DNA of 64,000 nucleotides, from positions 1 to 64,000 of IMG/VR virus record IMGVR_UViG_3300042367_000583. One strand, given 5' to 3'. Of the stretch, positions 47,744-55,994 are shown piece after piece. This DNA comes from an uncultured virus (IMG/VR IMGVR_UViG_3300042367_000583) (lineage: Duplodnaviria > Heunggongvirae > Uroviricota > Caudoviricetes). The notes under the pieces were generated by a model. It worked only from the letters and a program-made list of their open reading frames with translations. It ran no database searches and was not told where the DNA came from. Positions within the stretch are counted from its first letter, which is position 1, and every line of letters starts with the position of its first letter. Made by a program: the position numbers and the translations under genes.

Positions 47744-49453
47744 TTATTGCTGTTTTGGGGAACTTAATAAAAAGTCATTTCCAGGCATAAAGTTACCAAA
47801 ACTAGGGATATTGCCAAAATTGATAGTATTATTCCAAATGTCTTTACAAGTATTGTAGGTTTTGTCACAGCCGGCAGCAAGGATTACGCCGTCATGAGCA
47901 GCCACAGGACTAGACGCTTCGGTAAATAACTGAATTTGAGTTTTACCCCCAAATATTGAAACAGTTCGATAAATTGCGTAAGTAGCTGATTTATTTGCTC
48001 CGTCCGTAAAAGTGCATTTCCCCCAAGTAAGATTTTGATATTCTCCCCACACTTCAAAGTCTCTCCGGCTATTAACGCCAGCAACTTGAGTTTCGTAAAA
48101 TGGTACTTCTTTGCGGCATCCTGAGTTGTCGCCATTATCTTGCCCAAAAGCCCATTGGCAAAAGGGCGATGTTTTTTCGTCCCTACTTTGCCTTAAATTA
48201 ATACTAGAGGCGGTAAGATTTTCAAGTGTATAGCTTTCTCCCCCAAGTGATTTAATTTCTCCCACATAACCTATCTGGATTTGTTCATCTGGAAGGTCTA
48301 AAAGTGAGCTAGGCAAGTTTTTCCAGTTAACAATTGCTGTAATAATTCGGGCTTCTCTAAATCTATCAGAAAAAAGCAAATTTTCGTCAATATTATCGCT
48401 AAAAGCACCCTTATATTCTTGATTATCTGATTGTATTCCTAATTGCCTCTCTATTGCAGTCGGATCAAGGGCTTGCCCTGCCCGAAATATTACCCCACCA
48501 ATTTTTAAGTCTTGAGAGAAATTCGTATAACCGAGTTTTTCTCCGTTTGTAAGTTCGATTAAAACGCAATGGCACAGCGTTAAAACAGAATTTGCAAATA
48601 AATCTCCTAATCCCTCGTCTTGTTGTATTCCCTCGGTAAATCTTCTAATTTGTAATTCTCCAAGTGAATAGATTTGTAAGGAGGTTTGGTTTTGGTAACT
48701 TAAAGAAACAGAATTAAATCGAGATAAAATAGATAAATCATTAACTAAATCAGGATAACGAAATGTAGCTCCTGAGCCTTTGGTACACAACCATAAAGCA
48801 ATCAAATAGTCAATATCTTTTTGTGATAAAGTTGTTCTTTGCTGTAAAGAACTAATATCAGAAAGGATATTTTTTCGAGAAAATCTTCTTCTTTCTCCAC
48901 TAGATAAACTAATAATATTCGTCTCAAAGCTGGGAGAAATCGTACATCTTTTGGTTAGATTTAAATCAAAATCATGGTTTAAGCCAGGATAAAAAACATC
49001 ATTATATTCCAGTAAGGCAATGTCTGGTTGAATTCTTGATTCCCGTAAAATTAACTTTGGAATAGAAAAGATGGTTCTATTGCTGTCATCTTTCCTAATA
49101 GGCTGATAATCTAATTTATCTTCTTCAAAATGACACAATACCTTAAAAGTACCTGACCATGTTAATTTTTTGTTAGTGTCAGGAGGGCTATTAAATACTA
49201 TTCTATCAGGAGCTACTATATATTCTGATTGTGGTATTTCTGTATTTCCTATATAAATCTTTAGATTTTCAACATCTGGATAAAGAATAGGTCTGTAATG
49301 AATATTGATCCCAACTTCATTAGTATTGCCTACAGGATCGCCTATAAGATATTTTTTAAGCAAGATAAATTCTGTATTAATTCCATTATTCTCTGGAGAA
49401 AATATTCCTTCTGTCATGGGAGGAATATCTGCTGAAAGATTTATTAAAGACAT
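47744..49453 (-). CDS. Baseplate hub protein (DUF2460-like + DUF2163/BR0599-like)
   Basis: LTWSG.F...C.F, G..LGYT, C...FG, GCDKT...C...NF motifs. Confidence 0.8.
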   Translation of the reverse strand: MSLINLSADIPPMTEGIFSPENNGINTEFILLKKYLIGDPVGNTNEVGINIHYRPILYPDVENLKIYIGNTEIPQSEYIVAPDRIVFNSPPDTNKKLTWSGTFKVLCHFEEDKLDYQPIRKDDSNRTIFSIPKLILRESRIQPDIALLEYNDVFYPGLNHDFDLNLTKRCTISPSFETNIISLSSGERRRFSRKNILSDISSLQQRTTLSQKDIDYLIALWLCTKGSGATFRYPDLVNDLSILSRFNSVSLSYQNQTSLQIYSLGELQIRRFTEGIQQDEGLGDLFANSVLTLCHCVLIELTNGEKLGYTNFSQDLKIGGVIFRAGQALDPTAIERQLGIQSDNQEYKGAFSDNIDENLLFSDRFREARIITAIVNWKNLPSSLLDLPDEQIQIGYVGEIKSLGGESYTLENLTASSINLRQSRDEKTSPFCQWAFGQDNGDNSGCRKEVPFYETQVAGVNSRRDFEVWGEYQNLTWGKCTFTDGANKSATYAIYRTVSIFGGKTQIQLFTEASSPVAAHDGVILAAGCDKTYNTCKDIWNNTINFGNIPSFGNFMPGNDFLLSSPKQQ

Positions 49454-49461
49454 AGTAAATT

Positions 49462-50286
49462 TTATCTAACAATATTTTGGGGACAATAGATACCAGATTG
49501 ATAAGGGACGTTAATAGTTTTTTCTATTCTGGTAGGAAAAGTTGGTAGGCAATAGATTCCAGATTGATAAGGAACATTAATGATTTTTTCTGGTCTGATA
49601 GGAAAAGTTGGTGAACAATAAGTTAAAGGATAGTAAAGACTTCTTTTAACCTCATAATCAGAAAGATCACGGTAAAGAAAGTCTTCTTTTGATCCTTTCA
49701 TTTCTTCATGAAAATCAAGGATAGCGTTTAAATCATCGGGTTTTAATACAGTCCGAGAAAGATTGAATACCCTAACGGGACTAGCCCATTCTACTATCCT
49801 TTGTTCGGCTCCGCTTGTGTTCTCTAGCAAAGAGTTAGAAAATTGAATTTCTGTTTGATAATCCTTGTCTGGAATAATCGGAAATTCAGGAATATTTACT
49901 GGGTAAGGATTACTGGGAAAATCGTTCGCGTTAGTAACGCGAACGATGTCAATTATTGTGACATCATAGGCAAGTTTTTTGGGTTCAGTTACAGTACCAG
50001 AATAAGTGTAATTTTTACTGGTTCTTTCCAAAGGAATTGTGTCAGTAACCGAACCAGTGTAACGAGAACTGTACTGATTTTCTGGAATAGAGAAAATATT
50101 TACTTGCTGTCCAAATTTGCTGGCTATTTTCCAGAATTGACCAAACAAATTAATTCCACCAACAATCTTTAATACTGGGTTTTTATCCCAAGAAATGGGT
50201 GTACCCGTACGCCAAAATATAAAGGTTTCTTGGCTTCCATCCAAGCTTTTCTGTCTAGCAGTTCCAAAAATGTGATAGTAGATCAT
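49462..50286 (-). CDS. Distal tail-like protein (DUF2460 N-part) with C-terminal 22-aa repeats
   Basis: SGAEQR...W..P...F...FH....G....FLYRD..DY. Confidence 0.7.
   Translation of the reverse strand: MIYYHIFGTARQKSLDGSQETFIFWRTGTPISWDKNPVLKIVGGINLFGQFWKIASKFGQQVNIFSIPENQYSSRYTGSVTDTIPLERTSKNYTYSGTVTEPKKLAYDVTIIDIVRVTNANDFPSNPYPVNIPEFPIIPDKDYQTEIQFSNSLLENTSGAEQRIVEWASPVRVFNLSRTVLKPDDLNAILDFHEEMKGSKEDFLYRDLSDYEVKRSLYYPLTYCSPTFPIRPEKIINVPYQSGIYCLPTFPTRIEKTINVPYQSGIYCPQNIVR
49466..49575. repeat. 110-bp direct repeat, copy 1
   Basis: 2 mismatches to 51270..51379. Confidence 0.95.
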
Positions 50287-50289
50287 AGC

Positions 50290-51258
50290 TTAAGGATTCA
50301 TCGTAATACCATCGGTAATAATTGGCATCAACAAGCTGCCGCCCCCAGCCACCTTGCTAACTACTAGATGAAAGTGATCTTCTGGCGTTGGTTGGGCTGG
50401 TGGGACTGTTTCAACTCTGTGTAGACTATTTATCGGTAGGTCTTGAGTAGTAAATAATAAGAACGGCCTCGCTATTCCTATTGGATAATTAGTGCCGTAA
50501 TCGGTAGTGCCGTTGTCACGGAAAATAAGATTGGAAACACTAGCATTAGGTGTAGGGGTAGCACAGGCTATAGAAGTAATCGGTAATACAAATTGAGGAT
50601 TTGCACCGCCTGGCGGTGATACTCCAGGTATTGTCATTTCTTTGATTCTTCCCGCCCCCAAGTCGGGACCCGTTCCATTACCCAATCCATAAGCAGTAAT
50701 GTAATCCAGTGGATAGGAATTATTGTTCCCAAAATAAGCAACTGATGCTGGATTATCGCAGTATCCGAAGTAGTGGAAGGAATATATGTTGCCAAAAGTA
50801 TTTAATCCAGTATTATTAATCGCAAACATAGCGATACCTTTGTTATCTCCACAAGCGTAAAAATATCCTGACGCCGCGCCGTTATAGTTACCAACAATTG
50901 TAAATCTATTGTCGTTCAGTTGAGTTTTTGTTTGGTAAGTGTGTCCTGACCAGCCCCAAAAAAAAGGGTTTTGTCCAATAGTATTGCTAAAGAAGATTTG
51001 CGCCCGATGTCGGCCACTACTCCAGCCAAAGCTGCCATCGACATCCCCGAATTGTATTAAATCAGTATCAACTGCTGGAAACCGAATATTAATCTGGTTA
51101 TCTGGATCAGGTTTGACAAACCGATGAGTTGAGGTGATACCAATGGCATCTAAAAATAAAAGAAAATTAGCCAAATTGAAGTAAACTCCGCCAGCGTCAG
51201 CGGTACGCCAGCCATAAGTGGCAAATGTGTTTCTTGAACCAACAACAGGTAAGGTCAT
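50290..51258 (-). CDS. Putative receptor-binding / tail protein
   Basis: Gly/Asn/aromatic-rich; within the baseplate cluster; start MTLPVVG with AGGAG RBS. Confidence 0.55.
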   Translation of the reverse strand: MTLPVVGSRNTFATYGWRTADAGGVYFNLANFLLFLDAIGITSTHRFVKPDPDNQINIRFPAVDTDLIQFGDVDGSFGWSSGRHRAQIFFSNTIGQNPFFWGWSGHTYQTKTQLNDNRFTIVGNYNGAASGYFYACGDNKGIAMFAINNTGLNTFGNIYSFHYFGYCDNPASVAYFGNNNSYPLDYITAYGLGNGTGPDLGAGRIKEMTIPGVSPPGGANPQFVLPITSIACATPTPNASVSNLIFRDNGTTDYGTNYPIGIARPFLLFTTQDLPINSLHRVETVPPAQPTPEDHFHLVVSKVAGGGSLLMPIITDGITMNP

Positions 51259-51262
51259 AAGA

Positions 51263-51418
51263 TTAACTCCTAACAATATTTTGGGGACAATAGATACCAG
51301 ATTGATAAGGGACGTTAATAGTTTTTTCTATTCTAATAGGAAAAGTTGGTAGGCAATAGATTCCAGATTGATAAGGAACCACTAAAAGATTGCGTGGAAA
51401 AAACAGATACCTAGACAT
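51263..51418 (-). CDS. 51-aa repeat peptide (not in the ORF track)
   Basis: MSRYLFFPRNLLVVPYQSGIYCLPTFPIRIEKTINVPYQSGIYCPQNIVRS; overlaps the upstream stop. Confidence 0.6.
   Translation of the reverse strand: MSRYLFFPRNLLVVPYQSGIYCLPTFPIRIEKTINVPYQSGIYCPQNIVRS
51270..51379. repeat. 110-bp direct repeat, copy 2
   Basis: See 49466..49575. Confidence 0.95.
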
Positions 51419-52076
51419 ATTTCCTTCCTACAGTAAAAAACAAATGTTTGGGGGTACTGATAGCAGAAACAACAAGTTCTACTCTGCTTTCTACATTAAC
51501 AAAATTTCCTGTTGTTACGGGAACAGTTAATCGAGTAGAAGTAATAGATAAATTATTCAACCCAGGGACATCTACTCCATTAATTTTAACCGATATAGTA
51601 GCTGTACCCAATTCAGTTACTGCGCTAAAACTTAAAACATTATACCCTCTTAATAAAGCGAAATCAAGAGGATAAGTTTGAATGGTAGGAGCTTCTATAT
51701 CCCCAGAATATTGATCAAAATTAGAAACGAGTACCCAATTTGTACCATTGAAAAATATTGTTTCTCCAGAAACAAGAAAAACTGTTAGACCAGTAAAAGG
51801 CTGCCAAAAACTCCAAACTCCCGTAGGCAATCCGTTTAAACCAACTACAGGGTAGGCTATTTGATTGGTCTTTCCCGCCCATGCCCCAGTAGCTCCTGTA
51901 GGGACAATATAGTAGCTATCTATATTCTGGGGGTTTGGGGGTGAAGTAAGGGTACGGGAAAGAATAGGAGCGGAGCCTATAGAAATAAGTCTAAATAGCT
52001 CGTTTGCTATTTGTTCTTTATATTCCTGAGAAGATGCCAGTAATAATCCATTATTCCCGAATATTGTCCCAGTCAT
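51411..52076 (-). CDS. DUF2793-domain tail protein
   Basis: PP.P....YIV..GATGAWAG..NQIA...W.F..P..G. Confidence 0.85.
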   Translation of the reverse strand: MTGTIFGNNGLLLASSQEYKEQIANELFRLISIGSAPILSRTLTSPPNPQNIDSYYIVPTGATGAWAGKTNQIAYPVVGLNGLPTGVWSFWQPFTGLTVFLVSGETIFFNGTNWVLVSNFDQYSGDIEAPTIQTYPLDFALLRGYNVLSFSAVTELGTATISVKINGVDVPGLNNLSITSTRLTVPVTTGNFVNVESRVELVVSAISTPKHLFFTVGRKYV

Positions 52077-53874
52077 CCCCGAATTCCTCTCCCATCTTGG
52101 CTTTTACCCAGTTATCGTTTTCAATTTTACAAAGACTTTTCAAGTAAGCCTCGTAATTATTCAAGTCTTTTACAGTATAGTCTTTTTTAAAGATTGCGTG
52201 TAGCTTCCAGGGTTTAGGAGGCATCCAGTCCTTGCTTAATTTAGGATTTTTGAATGTTTTAATCATCCATCCCCTGACACTATCGATATGTTCACCTTTT
52301 TTGTAAGCTTCTCTGAGAGCGTACTTATAGGCTAGGTATAACTCTCTATCCTTGTCGTGAATTATAATTTCTAGCCTTTCGTTAGCTATTTGTTTTTTCT
52401 CTTTTGTTGGAAATTCATAGCCACAATGAGGGCAAATACGAGCGGAAGCGTAGGTTATTTTACCGCAGTTTTCGCACTCTTTAATCGGAGCTTGTCCTTT
52501 TTGAATATCGGAAGATGTAGAGAGCTTAGGATAATCTACATCTTCAATAAATCCGTGTTCGGTTACGTTCCCCGCTTGATCTAAAACAAGACAGTCAACT
52601 TTATCTAACCAAATACAGAGCCTTTGTCCCCGACCAGTCATCTGAATATAAAGGGTTCGGCTTTTGGTCGGTCTGGCGTGAATAATACAAGAAATTGCGG
52701 GTAGGTTAAATCCTATTCCACAAGTGTTAATATTTACAATCCCTCTCAATCTCAATTCAGATACTTTTCTAAATATTTCTCTTCTTTCCTGTTCTGGTGT
52801 TTCGGCTGTTATCACAGCCGTAGGGATACCCCTTTCGTTAAATTCTGTACAGAGGCTTTTGGCGTGTTCCACACCCGCAGCAAAACAAACAAATTGTCTT
52901 CCTTGACCGAGCCTACGATACTCGGAAACCGTCGATTTTACCGCTTCTAAACAACGAATTTCTAACTGACTAGCATCAAAGTCACCACCATTAATTTTTA
53001 CCCCTTTAGTATTTATTTTATTTTTAGTTCCGAAATAGACGCATCCTACAAGCGCACCGCGTTCAATCATTTCTTTTGGAGTAGGCCCAGTTACCTGAAC
53101 CTCAAAAATATCTCCTAGCTCTTCACGTTTCGATAACCGCCACGGGGTTGCGGTTAGACCAATTACGAGACGATTATCTACTGGTAAGGTTTTCCCCGAA
53201 AAAAGATGCTGTTGCTTACGAATCACTTCCCATGCTGAGTTTATCTCTTGTAAGATTTCTTTTGATTCAGCGTGAATTAAGCTGAGGTGTTTGTATTTTT
53301 CCTTAGCTTCATCAAAAGTTATTTTGTAAGTTTCTATATCTTCTCTTTCTACGGCAATACCTAATACTGCTAATTCATCACGAATGTCTTTGATTGAGGT
53401 TGTCTGTTTACCATTCTTAAGATTAGTAAAATTATCCTTAAACCATTGACAATAAGCTGATAAATGAACCTCATCGGCTAGTATTACTTCAGGGTTAAAC
53501 CAAGTAATATCACGTCCTCTAGACAAGGTTTGAGTCGTGGCAATCTGAACTAATTGACTTCTATCTTCTTTGTAGCTACCAGCAATTACTCCGGCAGTTA
53601 ATCCAAATTTCCCTAGAGTTTCTAGGGTTTGCTCGATAAGTACGGTAAACGGTACTACGATCAAAGTCCGTCGCTGTCTTTTTACGGCGGCATCGTAAAT
53701 TATCTGGCAGAAAAATACTGTTTTGCCCCATCCGCAAGGGGCAACTACTAAGGCTCTTTTATGAATTTTCAGGGCATCATATAGTTCTCTTTTAAGAGTT
53801 TTTTGGTCGTCTCTTAATTGAATTTGTGGTTTAGATGATACAAAAAGTGTTTGTGTTTGTAGTGTTAGTGTCAT
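52051..53874 (-). CDS. SF2 DEAH helicase with C-terminal Zn ribbon
   Basis: APCGWGKT, DEVH, GLTATP, QMTGRGQR, KEC..C...CPHCG. Confidence 0.92.
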   Translation of the reverse strand: MTLTLQTQTLFVSSKPQIQLRDDQKTLKRELYDALKIHKRALVVAPCGWGKTVFFCQIIYDAAVKRQRRTLIVVPFTVLIEQTLETLGKFGLTAGVIAGSYKEDRSQLVQIATTQTLSRGRDITWFNPEVILADEVHLSAYCQWFKDNFTNLKNGKQTTSIKDIRDELAVLGIAVEREDIETYKITFDEAKEKYKHLSLIHAESKEILQEINSAWEVIRKQQHLFSGKTLPVDNRLVIGLTATPWRLSKREELGDIFEVQVTGPTPKEMIERGALVGCVYFGTKNKINTKGVKINGGDFDASQLEIRCLEAVKSTVSEYRRLGQGRQFVCFAAGVEHAKSLCTEFNERGIPTAVITAETPEQERREIFRKVSELRLRGIVNINTCGIGFNLPAISCIIHARPTKSRTLYIQMTGRGQRLCIWLDKVDCLVLDQAGNVTEHGFIEDVDYPKLSTSSDIQKGQAPIKECENCGKITYASARICPHCGYEFPTKEKKQIANERLEIIIHDKDRELYLAYKYALREAYKKGEHIDSVRGWMIKTFKNPKLSKDWMPPKPWKLHAIFKKDYTVKDLNNYEAYLKSLCKIENDNWVKAKMGEEFGDDWDNIRE

Positions 53875-53878
53875 GATA

Positions 53879-55183
53879 TTAGGTGATTGTCTTCATAAAA
53901 CTTGATATAGTTTCTGCTATTTCCTCTGTTTTATCACGAATAAAGGTAATCTCTTCCTGTTTGTCAGAGATCCCAAAACCTGAGTAATACCCATTATCTG
54001 GATCACCATACTCTTTGCACATGGCTATTTCTTTTATTTTTCCTGTTCTTAAATCAAATATCGTACCAGTTACTCTAATTTCTGGTATCAAGCTAAAGCT
54101 TGGTATAAAACCACAAAAAACTCTGATATGGGCTATGGTCTGACTATCTAAAATAACCTTGGCATTACCTATTAGGTAAATTTGTTGATCGAACTTTATT
54201 TCCCATTCCGACCAAAGAAAATTTTTAAACGCCCAACTGTTCCAGTCAGAATTATCGTTATATTCTTTGTGACAAAAAGCCGCAATTTTTTTAAGTATAT
54301 CTATTTTATTCATTTCAAGAAACTCTTTTGCTGTTATTGTCATAGTGTCACCTCGGTTTATATTTTAGTTTCGATAAACTCAAAAATACTTGATAATATT
54401 TCTTTGGCTTTTATAAACAAATCTGTTGACATATCAAGTTCTCTTTTTGATTTAAAAGAAAATTGAGATTCTTTTTTGTCTAGCCAAATCTTAAAAGAAC
54501 CAGACCACCGGGCTTCGGAAATAAGCGCACTTACATCTCCTGACACAGCGTAGCTTTCTAATCGCGTCCCGATAATTTCTATGCTTATATCAATTCCATT
54601 TGTTTTACCCCAAATACGAATAGTTGACTTTATATATGTCGAGTCTTTTCTTGCAGATTTGATGTCCCAGTCTAAATCCGGGTATTTTTCTTTACAGAAA
54701 TTGAATATTTTTTCTGTTACTTGTTTTATGTCCATTTGTTACTCCTATTTAATCTTGGATTTCGTCTTCAATAAAATTAAAGATTTCTCTTACTATTTTT
54801 CTGGCTTTTTTTACTAAAAGCCAGCTATCATCATTCCACTCGTCATGAGTGGCAATCGTAAACTCTAACTCGCCATTCTTGTCATGGTTTAGACTTACTT
54901 GAAAGCTACCTGACCAGGGAAGTAAGGATTTTTCTTCTGATTGAGATATTTGAAGCAACCCTAGTATATAATCGTAAGTAGCTTCTTTTTCGTAAGAATA
55001 ACGCTCTTGTTTTTCTTCTGAGCGAATTTCTAGCTCCAGTTTAAACAAAGAGCAAGAGCCAAGAATAAGTGAAACATCCTTACAATTATCAATGCCACTA
55101 TGATAATCCCAAGACCATTTTAAATCTGGGTATCTTCCCTCACAAAAATTAAATAACTTTTCCGCTATTTGCCATGTGTCCAT
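53879..55183 (-). other. Three tandem paralogous hypothetical genes (53879..54343, 54358..54735, 54749..55183)
   Basis: Shared N-terminal KI(F/A).FC...Y(P)D..W and C-terminal EI...I..F. Confidence 0.7.
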
Positions 55184-55523
55184 TAGTATTACTCCTGTTG
55201 GGTGAAATTATTAGGAAATACCTACTGATTCCTCTACTACAGTACTATGATGACCATTGCGGCTTAAAGCGTCTAAATAAGCCATTAATCGGCTTTGGTG
55301 CATAGAGGTTTTAATCTTGCAAGGCTTATTTTTTCTATCTATTGTCCTAATTGTGTATCTCATTGTCTCCAATCCTTTAGGTGTCTTTTGCAGTGATCTA
55401 GATGCGCTTTAAGTCTTTTAGCAGACTCTTGCTCATCTGTTCCTCTGATAAGTCCTTTGTTCTTATCAATGTCATCCTGACTTGATAATTTAGCCCATGT
55501 TTTTTTAGTTTCTTCTGTCATGA

Positions 55524-55712
55524 TTACACCTTTACTTTTTTAAAACCTCGTTGTTCCAAAACTTTGTTATACTCCTGAATTTTAGAGTATAAAATGGCAC
55601 GTTTTTTTTGGACATTTTTCCCAGATTCTTGCTTAGAACTTCGATATTGTCCGGCATAGAAATTAGCGTAATAACTAATTTCAGCAGTGTTCATGTTTAC
55701 GATAAGCTTCAT
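55524..55712 (-). CDS. Hypothetical protein
   Basis: GAGG RBS; TTGACA promoter upstream. Confidence 0.55.
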   Translation of the reverse strand: MKLIVNMNTAEISYYANFYAGQYRSSKQESGKNVQKKRAILYSKIQEYNKVLEQRGFKKVKV

Positions 55713-55763
55713 GATTTCCTCTTCAATCTATTACTTAAATCCTACATCATTTTACTAGAATTG

Positions 55764-55994
55764 TCAAGAAATTTCTTGAAAATCTTCTTTGCGAAAACAG
55801 TAAAAATGTTCTCCTTTTGTGAGGCGATCAATTGATTCAAAGTGATAGTAGATTCCTATGGCAGTCTTAATAATCCCCAGTGGTTTACATTGGGGGAAAA
55901 TACGTCCATAGGAATTGACACGATAAACCTTTTCAGGGTATCGAGAGGGAATGTATTGTCCAATCATTAGGTACTTATATCCTCTAAATAACAA
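55764..55994 (-). CDS. Hypothetical protein
   Basis: Coupled to the primase stop. Confidence 0.5.
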   Translation of the reverse strand: MLFRGYKYLMIGQYIPSRYPEKVYRVNSYGRIFPQCKPLGIIKTAIGIYYHFESIDRLTKGEHFYCFRKEDFQEIS

